Source of the DNA: Macrostomum lignano
Taxonomy: Eukaryota
Length of the DNA: 64,000 nt
Assembly: GCA_002269645.1 (NCBI GenBank)
Contig: NIVC01000738.1
Span: 62,001-126,000 of the forward strand
Direction: 5' to 3'
Shown: piece by piece, positions 1-11,167 of the stretch
Numbering within the stretch: the first letter of the stretch is position 1
Layout: each line of letters opens with the position of its first letter
Program-made: the position numbers and the translations under genes
The notes under the pieces: model-generated
What the model saw: the letters and a program-made list of their open reading frames with translations, nothing else
Told to the model about the DNA's origin: nothing
Database searches by the model: none

Positions 1-2
1 CT

Positions 3-2366
3 CATCTTATCAACGATTCATATCCGATGCCTGCACCTGACGAAGTGATTGCAACTGCTGCTGGCAGCCGGATATACACTCGTCTGGACCTAGAGAAAGC
101 TTATCACCAGATCCCACTAGATGAAGCTTCCAAAGAGCTGACAGTAATGTCAACACCATTTGGGATGTTCGCTTTCAACAAGCTTCCGTTCGGAGTGAAA
201 ACAGCACCTGCGATCTTCCAGCGGTACATTAGCCAAGTCCTACAAGGAATTCCTGGCGTCATTGCCTACGTAGACGACATATTGATATGCGGCAAAGACG
301 TAGAACAATTGGCAGTTCGTGAGACGGAAGTATTGCATCGACTAAACCAGCAAGGATTGAAGATCAACACCGCGAAAAGTGAATTCCGCAAGACTTCGAT
401 CAAGTTTCTAGGCTACTTATTGGAAGGAGATCAGCTCAAGCCGGACCCAGCCAAAGTGAAGGCAATCCAGGACATGACACCACCGCAGAACGTTGGCGAG
501 CTTGAATCTTTCCTGGGTCTCGTAAATTTTAGCGGCAAGTTCATCAGAAACCTAGCTGCACTGACCAAGCCTCTCAATCGACTAAGAAAGAAAAATGAGG
601 ACTTCGTGTGGACAAAGGAGTGTCAAATAGCATTTGACGAAATCAAGGTCACTCTCTCTGATCAATCGAGTCTTCAAATATTTGATCCAGAGAAGCCCAT
701 TGAACTGGAATGCGACAGTTCTCAGCGAGCTCTGGGCGGAGTGTTGACACAAAGCGGTCAAGTCGTGCTGTACATGAGCAAGACTCTGTCTGACGCCGAA
801 ACAAAATATTCGCAAATAGAGCGTGAAGGCCTGGCACTGGTTTGGTGCATTCAAAGATGCCATTGGTTCTTGTATGGCCGGAGGTTCACACTGATAACTG
901 ATCACCGGCCCCTCACATACATATTCGCGCCAGACAAACAGCTGCCCACTAGAGTTTCAGCTCGACTACAACGATGGGCAATCATGCTAGCTGCTTATGA
1001 CTATGTCATACAGTATCGACCATCAAAGCTAATGCTGTTGGATGCGCTATCTCGACTGGTGCCCGCTAAGCTGAATGCACAGACAGCATCGATCGGACTC
1101 CTCGAAGCTGACAACCCGGGAGTAATTCAGCTGGATCGCATTGCACACGCAACCAGAGAGGACCCGGAGTTCAGATGCCTGGGCGCAGCCATAATTAACA
1201 ATAATCTATTTGACGACCCACACCTACTCAGCTACTCGAAGGTTCAAGATGAGCTAACTGTCAATGATGGAATTATTTACAGAATGAACAGAATTGTATT
1301 GCCTCGTGTCCTGAGAGAAACTGCCCTGGCAGCTGTACAGTCAACGCACCTTGGGGTGGAAAAGTCAAAGTCAATTTTGAGGGAACAGTTCTGGTGGCCA
1401 CAGATGGACCATGACATCGCTGACTACATTAGACAATGCAACGTGTGCAACACGTGCAAGTCCAGAAATAAGAACTTTCGGCACTCGTGGCCAGAACCAG
1501 ACAACCCCTGGGAGTGAGTGCACGTTGATTTTGCCGGTCCGATAGAGGGCAAGTACCTACTCATCATTGTGGATGCGCACTCGAGCTACCCGGAAGTCTT
1601 CATCACGAGCGACATGAAGGCCAACACAGTCATTTCCAGACTTAGAAGATTGTTCTCACAACAGGGGGTGCCCAAGTGTCTCATGTCAGACAATGGCCCT
1701 AGTTTTGTGAGCGAAGCGGTGACCAGCTGGCTCACCCAGATTGGCTGTTCGCACATCACAATGCCCGCCTACCATCCACAGAGCAACGGCATTGCAAAGC
1801 GAATGGTGCGAACCGTCAAAGAGACAATCAAGACCAATGGTTTATCCCAAAGAAGTATTGACAGATTTTTACTGTTCTACAGAGCTGCCAAAGGGAAGCA
1901 GCAAGCATCACCATCCGAGTTGTTGAACGGCAGACAAATAAGACTCCCCATCTCGGAGAGCAGCACTCAGTCCAAGTGGATCCCAGGAGAATCACTCATC
2001 TACTGTGCATCGAGTTCTCATGAGCCACAAACTGTGAGATTTGCCAAAATGCTTGGCAGCAACACAGCAGTCGTCACCACAGAGACTGGACGAAATCTAA
2101 AGACCCACCTCAATCAACTACGAATCGGTGAGGTACCTGAGGCTCATGGAACTATGGAAATGGGGGATTCCAAGCCCGGTGGCAGCAGTCCAAGTGACGA
2201 CGGCCAACAGACGCGTCCATCATCGACAGACACTGAGATACTACCGGGAACAAAACAAGCTGAGAGAGCACAACAGCAACAGACTGAGGTTGGAGTTCAA
2301 TCCAAGCCGTCACCCAGGCGAAGCGAACGCTTGGCCAAGAAAACTAGAATTTTTTATCGCACCTGA
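3..2366 (+). mobile_element. pol: Ty3/gypsy LTR retrotransposon pol (RT-RNaseH-integrase), 5'-truncated by the window edge, inactivated
   Basis: Frame is open from base 3. RT motifs LDLEKAYHQI, PFG..TAPAIFQ and YVDDIL; RNase H motifs CDSS..ALGGVL, YSQIEREGLA, TDHRPL and DALSR; integrase motifs HLG..CxxC, VDFAGP, SDNGP and HPQSNG. Domain order RT-RH-IN is gypsy type. In-frame TGA at 1515-1517 (PWE*VHVDF, normally R); the integrase catalytic E reads K (GIAKRMV); the first His of the HHCC zinc finger reads Q. Confidence 0.95.
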
Positions 2367-2389
2367 GTGATAATTGTACACCTACCTAT

Positions 2390-2561
2390 AGAAGAGGGAG
2401 GGTGTTGTGGGTTGATGGCTTTGCCATAGACATTTTTGTTACGCGACTGCGTTGATGAATTGAACCATGCTATTGAGTTATGAAATAAATAATAGACGCA
2501 TCAGAGGTCAGCAGACCGCTAGACTGACAATTGCTAAAGGCTAAAAGCCAAAAGCACAACA
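2390..2561 (+). mobile_element. Polypurine tract (2390-2402) and 3' LTR (2403-2561, 159 bp) of the gypsy element
   Basis: PPT agaagagggaggg lies directly before TGTTGTG...CACAACA (TG...CA ends, perfect 7-bp terminal inverted repeat); internal AATAAA. Confidence 0.85.
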
Positions 2562-3754
2562 GATTAGTTTTTTCAGTTCACAGGGTCAGTAGAATGAGTA
2601 TGCCATTGTACATGTAATTGTCCCATTGCTAGTTTTTTCCAGAAGTTAAGACAACAATAGCTGCTTTAGTATTTATGCTACTATAATTAAGTATAATAAA
2701 ATTTAATGACATTAAAATGCTATGTAACTATGGCACAAAGATTTAAAGATCTTAATTATATACCCATTGCCACCTTTTGTCATTTGTAATTTTTTTTTAA
2801 TTCTTAGTTTATTTTAACAATAACATAGCCATATAAGTCTCAAACATTCTGGAATGTGGGAAATATTCCAAAATCGTGCAATTTCAAGTTTTACATTTAT
2901 AGCAAATGTGCAAAACTAGGGCAATTAAAGTAGCAAAAAGACACTTAATACAATAGTTGGCCTTTGAATTCTATATAATGTTCATTTATAGAATCTATTG
3001 ATTAAAATTGACTCTCCTATTGTCTAGCACATTATGTAATTTTATAATAATTAAATTTAACTGTTTATAATAATATTCAAGAGACAAAGTGATAGGTGTC
3101 AATACAAGGGTCACTCAGAAAGTCTTTAGCCTGAGTAGGATCCACGAGATGTAAAACATGAAATTTGTCTATGGTAAAGACCAACTTTTAAAAGTATAGC
3201 AGCAAAATTTTCAAACAGAAGCAGCCACTTTTGAGTCCACTGCAGCAAGTTAAAGTCAGTTCACCCATTGAGTTCTTCAATTCAACAATAAAGCAGGAAA
3301 ATTGCAACTTCAACTTCATAATCTAACTTTAAATGTAGATAATGTTTGACAGTTTGTATCTTTATAATGACATATACTTTGGGCATGTCATAAGTAATGT
3401 CACTGCATGTCTCCGTCAAAAGTATATAGGCATATGCATTTGTGGGTAGTGCAACTGCAAAGTATACTAATGGAAGTAATACCAGTGCATTTAAGATGTG
3501 ATAGGATGTTTATGACTCAACTTATGGCAGAAATTTGATAAGCAGTTTTTGCAAGTGCAACATGATGAAAAGTTATCTATATGGTGAACAAAAATCACCA
3601 TGAATCACAAGATGCACATCCAGTTCTACACTTTTGTTTGCTTTAAGCTAAGAAAATCTATAGTAGAAATAGAAGAGGATCTTTAGATCACAATGCCAAA
3701 TAGCTACCCAACTTGCAGGACAATTTACAGCTAGTTCTAGGACTTTAGTAATCC

Positions 3755-4240
3755 TGGGTTTGAATTGGAAGATGCCACCAGATCTGGCTAATGATGCTCA
3801 ACCAGGAAAACAAAGGAAGAGCATTGATGCTATCAGCAGCAATCTGGTCAAGGAAGACCCACAATAGTCTGTCAAGGAGCTAGTACCTAGTAGAATGTTT
3901 GGAAATTGGTTTCAAAGTTGTCTATTGTATCCTAATAGAGGATCTTTATTTCCACAATGTCGACTTAGTCAGGGTGCCCCACAACCTCACTGTAGACTAG
4001 TGGCAGGTTTGTATGAACTGTACCAAGCAGATCCACAAGGTGTTCAGCAGCCAAGGCTTGAATGACATCTTAAACTGCCTAGTTGTTGATGAAACCTGGC
4101 TCCACCTAGATGACAATTGCTGCTGGCTAGGAGCTAGGAACACTGAGGCAACTATGACTAGGAGATCCATCTTGGACAAGAAAACTATGCTATTGGTAGC
4201 CTTTATAGCCTTCAATTGTATTTTGCAAAGCACTAAATAA
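3755..4240 (+). pseudogene. Decayed Tc1/mariner transposase fragment
   Basis: Frame-disrupted translations GFELEDATRSG, VVYCILIEDL..VRVPHNLT, LVVDETWLHL and KKTMLLVAF echo the mariner motifs LEDxxRSGRP, WVPHEL, TGDETW and KxMxxxFW. Confidence 0.6.
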
Positions 4241-7185
4241 AAAAAAAACAAGAAAAATGCTAAAAAATAATATAATATATTGGGCATAGAAATCTAATGG
4301 ATAATTCAAGTTATATTATTTATAACTTGAAAAATCAGATTTTTTGAAGAAAAATAATCATAGGCCCTAGTAACTTATCTATACTATGGAAAATGCATTA
4401 TAGAAATGTAAAAAATATAACATTAAAAGTGTTATAGGCTTTAACTTTTTTATTACTTGATCAAATAATCAAAAGTAGGCTAAAGTGTCATTTTACTTAT
4501 ACAATAAACAAAAAAAAATTAAAATCTCACTGGACTCTTTATATAAAAAGGAAAAATGGTCAAATAATTAATAAGCTTAAGCAATTCTAATGAGATCCAT
4601 ATTGCAGAAGGTTTTCTGTATAGGCTGTACACATTTAAATATATGCCAACTTAAAAAATGATAAAAAAATCAACAAATATTTAACTTTAAATTTAAACTA
4701 CTTTCTGGCGTACACCCCACCATCCGCAAAATAGGCCTAGAATGAGATTTAGACAATTTATTAATATTTTTATTATTCCATTTAATAAATCATATTAGGC
4801 CTAACTTAGCCTATCTAAGGATAAAGTAAAGACACTATCACTAGATCTAGATATAAATAGGGCTAGAATGAAAATCCTTAATATGCCTAAACTTAAACCT
4901 CTAAATATACTTTATATTAAAAAATCAGAAAATTCCAAAAGAAATATAATTTAAAAAAAGAATAAATAGACATTTTTTAAATATGCTATGAAACATGATG
5001 TTTGCACTAATGACAATGGTGGATTTAGAGGAGGGGTGCACACAGGTTTTTCCCCTTCCCCATTGAGTTAGATTTTCTTATATGGAAAATACATATTATT
5101 GTGTAAATTATATACCTATGATTAATATTAATATACATGTACTGGCATAGCAATCTGCACCCCAGTTAATTTTTTCTAGATCAATAACTGAATAATTATA
5201 TAATAATTAGGCCTAGTGAAAGGCTTAGGCCTACTTCTAGCTAGAATAGGCCTAGTAGGTAGTAGGCCTAGGTCACTAGGTGTCTAGGCCTAAGGCTAGT
5301 GCCTAGTTTAGGACTTGGTCTATACTAGGCCCTACTAGGGCCTAGGGCTTATTTATATATTCTCATGTAGTTTTAGTGTCCTAATCAGATTATGGTGTTA
5401 TAAAAATTGAAAATCAAAATTAAGCCCTGGCAATTATCAATAAATAGGCCTAGGCAATATTCTAAATCTAAAATATAGGGCCTACTCAGCAACATTGAAA
5501 AGTCGCCACTCTAGAGTCTAGGCCTATGTGCCAGTGAGCAGTTTTTCTTGGACTATTCTGAAATAAAAGATTTGAGAAAACTGATTGAGTGATCGTGGTA
5601 GCTTTAATCCATCCAACTCTTGCACACCGCTGCCCCCACTTCATTCCTCAACTCAAGTCTGCCGCGAACGCGCGAAGTATAGTAGCTGAGTTGCGTCACT
5701 CGCAAAGATTGGGAGACTGGCATTCTTTCATTATAGAAGACCCAAAAATGTGTGACTTTCATAATGGAAGACCCATGGAAAAGGGGAAGAAATCAATCGA
5801 AAAATGAGCATTCACTAACAAAATGAAAGCGTAGCAAAAGTTAATTCCACACAAAGTTGATGCTTTAATCGACAGTGCTTAATTTCACACAAAGTTGTTA
5901 TACTGTAATCGCAAGCGTTTATTCCACCAATCTCATACCCAGCCTGTCAAACTATAATACACTAGTGCCATGAGGTCACTGTGTATATACACTTTCGTTT
6001 TAGAAGACCGCAAAATAGGAATATTGCTTGTGGGTCTCGTGAAACGAAAGTAAGAAAGAAGCTTAAAAAACGAAACTGTAATATAAACTGTAATAAAGGA
6101 CACACAAAGCCATTAAGAATAAACAAACAAAATAATAGACAACAGTATGTGAGCAGCTTCCTATGTTTTAGGCGGGTCTTCTTTTTCGAAACTGCCAGCT
6201 TCCTATTTGATACATCAGAGGGTCTTCTAAAACGAAGGAATGCCAGGAGACTTTACCTGCACTCGCATGTGGCGACCACAGATGGAATTTTCTGTGATGG
6301 CGACTTTTCGATGTTGCTGAGTATATATCTAAAAACGACAATACGGGGCGCCGAATGAATGAAAAGTTTTTGAAGGCCAGTCGAAAACATTATAAACTGA
6401 ATTCACAGAAAATGAACTTTGTTTGTTCGTTCGACTGCTAGGTTGAAGTTTTGTTTAGTGTGACATCTAAAACAAAACAAATTCGCAACAAGTTTGTTCT
6501 GTCTTTCGCTAAGTTAATATATCCTATAGTTTAACACGAAACTTTTTTATTTTTGGAGCTGCGATTTGAAATTTGAATTGATGATTGTTGAACATCCGAA
6601 TTACTTTGGCCTTTCCTACTACTACGGCTAGCCTACCTTAACCTATGTCTTTGCTTCCTATCAAACTCATACAGTATCCGTTTCAGCATTGTCAGTCATT
6701 TCTTATTTATATTACATGTTTTAGAATTTCCTATTAAAAGGCTTGTTGTTCCATTGTTGGTCGTTGAAGTTCGCCCAAAGATACCGAAAAAGAGTTCAGG
6801 CGCGCTTTCAAATTCTAAATTTTTACAAAACATTTGATCGATAGTTTGTATCATAATTATTACTCGTTTCGTAAGTAAACTAGTGTTTCTTTTCGATTTC
6901 GAATTAAATACATTCGCTTATATTGGCCAAACAGGCTCCTTAGTCTTTGCCCGAGCCAAACGCTTACTAACTAACAACTAGGCCTACTCTAGCTTGGCCT
7001 ATCCTACCCTACTATCCTTTTTGGGGCATAACTTATGAACCATAATCTATAAATCTATAAGATTTTACTACAGCCGCATCTTGGGCATTAGTTTAAAATT
7101 TTTATGTGGCTGAGACGCGTCTAGACGACTAGAGACATGGAAGTGGCTGTGTAGATGTATGTTAACCATTCTTATGACCAAATGT

Positions 7186-7844
7186 TAGTGTTCCGCCATA
7201 AGGAGGGTCCATGTACCGTAGCCATAGCCGTAAGCAAAACTATGGCTTACTCCAATTCTCCATATTCTGTAGCCATAGGGACCCCAAAATTACCATGTTC
7301 CCATAGTTCCCGTAGCCATAGCCATAGTTTTAACAAAAAGTCTAAAAAATAAAATATTTTGAAACAAGAAGATAACCTAGTGCTTAAACAACTGCAAATT
7401 AAATTAGAAAATAAAAGAAACACTTAATTGTCTTTGTAAGATTATATTTTGTCTTTTTTTAGAGCAACAATACTTAATTGTTATTGAAAGTACTAACTAC
7501 TAACATTAAAGTTTTTCACATTAATAAAAATTAGAATTTGCTAGTGTTTTATTGTACTTTTTTTAGGTATATTTTATAAGTTTCTATGTTGATAATACAT
7601 TTTACTAAAAGTATATTTGTTTTACTCTACTTGTTTCTAATATTTTTTTTCAATTTTTATCATTAATAGGCCTAACTATGGCTATGAGAATCTATAGAAT
7701 GTGATAGCAATTACCATATTTCTATAGTCATAGCTATAAGAGCAGCTAGCTACCGTAGGCATATCCATAGCTGCCATAGGCACCTATTTTACCATATTCG
7801 CTATAGGATCCCGTAGCTATAGCTATGGCTATGGCGGAACACTA
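7186..7844. mobile_element. Non-autonomous hAT-type MITE (659 bp)
   Basis: Perfect 15-bp TIRs (tagtgttccgccata 7186-7200 / tatggcggaacacta 7830-7844); perfect 8-bp TSD ccaaatgt (7178-7185 and 7845-7852); subterminal ccatag/ctatgg repeats. Confidence 0.9.
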
Positions 7845-8784
7845 CCAAATGTATAGCAGTGGTATTAACATTTGAATTTATATCAGTGCTTTAATACCTA
7901 GTGTTATTAACATTTTCATACAAAAAATCAATTTTTTGAAAAAGTCAAAATTTATCATGAAATAGAGCAAAAAAATTATGCAGAAATATTTGTTGGTTAT
8001 GGAGTTCTCAGTTCTATCAATTTAAAATATGAAAAATCAAAAATTTTTAGGAACAAAACTAAAATTTATCGTTTTTCATTGAAAGCATAAAAATATTGTA
8101 GTGTTTTATCTAACTTTATGTTTCTGCAAAGATACTTTGTTAAAAATGTTTTTAATGAAAAAAGTTGACTTTACAGTTGTACTTTTACCTATTTTATATG
8201 AAAGTCACAATTTTTTCATAACAAAAAAGTGACTCACTTTCTTAGGTCAAGTTATATTTTAATTTATTGCATTTTTCTTCTAGATTATAGTGTATATTCT
8301 TAAATTCAATTTAGTTTTAACCATTTTATATGATGTACAGCAATATTTTATACATATTCTAAAAATTTTCCCACATTTTACCAATTTTAATGATTATAAA
8401 ATGAGCAAAATTTTACCAGTGTGTTTTTATATTGTTAAGTTCAGTCAAATTGTTACAAATTGTTTCTTTTTGGCTGCTAGACTGTGTAGTGGTTAGGCCT
8501 AGTTGTGCATTTTTCTTTCTACAATAAAAGTTAGACAGATCTTTACTACTAGTGCCATTCAGTTCAGTCAGTTCCTGCAGTAAGGCTAGGCCCTAGACCT
8601 AGCCATCAAACTACTAGGTACCTGTGATAGACAAACCATTTTTAGCATAATTGATTGATGATTCTAAAAGGTATTTGTGTAACAAATGGGCCTAAACTTG
8701 TTAATATGCACCAATTTCAACATTAGATTCTAATAAGACACTTGCTGAATATTTTTTTTAAAGGCCAATTCTCATTTCCAGAGA

Positions 8785-9732
8785 ATGGTTTGTGTACCCT
8801 GCATTGTCATCCCTTTTATGCTGTGGGTTTTCCACCGCTACCTGCGACCCCTGCTGGCGCCCTTCCTGCCCAGCTGGATGCTCGGCACCGCCAGCTCTGA
8901 GGATTCGGATGGGAAACAGCCTGGAGCCGCCTCTGCTGACTCAACTGCGCCTGCAAAGGCCAAGGTAAAAACTTCTGTGTATTGCATGCTCCACCCCATC
9001 CTCAGCATTTACCCCATCCTCAGCAATAACCCCATCCTCAGCAATCACCCCATCCTCAGCAATCACCCCATCCTCAGCAATCACCCCATCCTCAGCATTT
9101 ACCCCATCCTCAGCATTCACCCCATCCTAAGCATTTACCCCATCCTCGGCAATCACCCCATCCTCAGCAATCACCCCATCCTCAGCAATCACCCCATCCT
9201 CAGTAATCACCCCATCCTCAGCAATCACCCCATCCTCAGCAATCACCCCATCCTCAGCAATCACCCCATCCTCAGCAATCACCCCATCCTCAGCATTTAC
9301 CCCATCCTCAGCATTCACCCCATCCTAAGCATTTACCCCATCCTCGGCAATCACCCCATCCTCAGCAATCACTCATCCTCGGCATTCACCCCATCCTCAG
9401 CAATCACTCATCCTCGGCATTCACCCCATCCTAAGCATTCACCCCATTCTCAGCATTCACCCCATCCTCAGCAATCACCCCATCCTAAGCATTCACCCCA
9501 TCCTCAGCATTCACCCCATCCTCAGCATTTACCCCATCCTCAGCATTTACCCCATCCTAAGCATTCACCCCATCCTAAGCATTCACCCCATCCTAAGCAT
9601 TTACCCCATCCTCAGCATTTACCCCATCCTCAGCATTTACCCCATCCTAAGCATTCACCCCATCCTAAGCATTCACCCCATCCTAAGCATTCACCCCATC
9701 CTCAGCAATCACCCCATCCTCAGCAAGCATGA
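8785..9732 (+). CDS. C18orf32: C18orf32/UPF0729-family small protein. Exon 8785-8964, probable intron 8965-9723, tiny terminal exon 9724-9732 (62 aa if spliced)
   Basis: N-terminus MVCVPCIVIPFMLWVFHRYLRPLL resembles UPF0729 (MVCIPCIVIP..LW). Acceptor-like ttctcatttccag lies just before the ATG; donor AAG|gtaaaa at 8964/8965; AATAAA at 9743-9748. The 3' exon choice is uncertain. Confidence 0.75.
   Translation: MVCVPCIVIPFMLWVFHRYLRPLLAPFLPSWMLGTASSEDSDGKQPGAASADSTAPAKAKVKTSVYCMLHPILSIYPILSNNPILSNHPILSNHPILSNHPILSIYPILSIHPILSIYPILGNHPILSNHPILSNHPILSNHPILSNHPILSNHPILSNHPILSNHPILSIYPILSIHPILSIYPILGNHPILSNHSSSAFTPSSAITHPRHSPHPKHSPHSQHSPHPQQSPHPKHSPHPQHSPHPQHLPHPQHLPHPKHSPHPKHSPHPKHLPHPQHLPHPQHLPHPKHSPHPKHSPHPKHSPHPQQSPHPQQA
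8991..9723 (+). repeat. 18-bp minisatellite caccccatcctcagca(a/t)t, ~40 copies
   Basis: Direct tandem repeat filling the putative C18orf32 intron. Confidence 0.95.
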
Positions 9733-9787
9733 CTGCATTCCCAATAAAACTTGGCTCAGTCTAAACCCTATAGGAAAAAGTTGTAAA

Positions 9788-9895
9788 TCCGCGGACGGCG
9801 TCCGGCGCACTTTTGAAATTTTTCTAAAGCGCGGCGCGCGCACAGGCGCGCAGCGCCTGCGCGGCGTGCGCGCGCTGCCTTTTCTTGCTGGCTGC
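9788..9895. promoter_or_regulatory. CpG/GC-rich element upstream of MEF2 with an NRF1-like GCGCCTGCGC
   Basis: Dense CG/GC alternation in AT-rich context; motif match only. Confidence 0.35.
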
Positions 9896-9978
9896 TGCTC
9901 TAGCAAATACATATGCATGGAAAGGGGTCATCTAATACCTCTGTGGAAGGGGCCTATACACTTATAATTTATAAAGCT

Positions 9979-10295
9979 TAGAGATGTTCCGAAATTTCAA
10001 TTTGAATTTTCCAAAATTAGAATTTTTATTAAGAGCAAATTTCAATTTCGAATAAAATTAGAAGTCAAAATTTGGAAGCTAAAATCGAAAAGTCAAAAAT
10101 CGCTAAAAAAGCAGTAATTTCTGCTACATCTACGTGTATTTCATTTTGCATAAGCAGTAAATCGAATGTAAAAAGTGAGTATTGGTCATACTAAACTTTG
10201 TTTTTCTGCGTTTTGATTTCGGAAAATTTCAATTTTGAGTTTGGAAAGTTAACGAATTTTGATTTCGAGGAAACTGCTCTTTCGGGACATCTCTA
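9979..10295. mobile_element. Probable hAT-like MITE (317 bp)
   Basis: TIRs tagagatgttccgaaa / tttcgggacatctcta match 15/16. The flanking 8-mers (ataaagct vs attatcct) do not form a clean TSD. Confidence 0.6.
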
Positions 10296-11167
10296 ATTAT
10301 CCTAAAGCGCGGGAAAATAATTTGACTCTATTCTAAAGCGCGCGTCCGCGGGTTTTCAACATTTATTCCAATAGGGAGTCTAAATACGTATGAAGGATCT
10401 ACTAAACCCCCAGTATAAGCAAATATTTTCTTGAACAGTCCGCAATCTCAATCGGGTAACATCTGCCTCAATTTCCGCGAAGATATCCTTCGCTCTCTAA
10501 CGATCAATCTCATTAGACATTCCACTGCAACCTGGCTAGAATCTCCCTATCGATGGGTCTCTTTCCTGCATAAAATCCCCCAGCTGACTGCTCGCCTTCG
10601 CCCGCCCCTTCGCAGTGCCCGTTCGCCTCTTCGTCCACGGCAGCCGCTGGCTCTGAGAATCCGCACACAAAAAAGACAGAATGAAGCTCAGTCTGTTCAC
10701 CTGTGATAGCATCCTTGACCATCGGTACATGGCAGGTGGAATGCGGATTATTATATTAATATCTTAAAACTGGTCTCTGTTGTTGCTGGTTCATTTTTAT
10801 TCAAATTAAGTATTTTACGAGTTTTTGTACACTTTAAGTTGCAATGAGAGTATAATTTCATAGAACTGCACCCGCTAATCCTTAATTATTTACTGCAGAC
10901 GGTCGCGCTTGCTGTGCACAGCAAGTGAAATAAAACGTATCAACGATTTCAAAGATCTGTTTTCCAGGCACCCAGTCAGTCTTGGCTTTTTGCTTTCTTT
11001 CTAAGTTTTGTTAGAAATCTACCGCATTACAGTTTAGCTAAATGTTCAATATTGGAAAGCATTGATGGAAATTAGTTTTGCGATTCATTTCAGCTTGGAG
11101 ATTAAAGCTGAATTTTGCGGATTGCGGCACAGCTTCAGACGATTTTTCATAAACTTTCAGCAGCTTC

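Noticed and set aside
5589-6358. Short ORFs of 72 and 125 aa, and other small ORFs in AT-rich intergenic DNA
   Set aside because: No recognisable domains, splice structure or codon bias.
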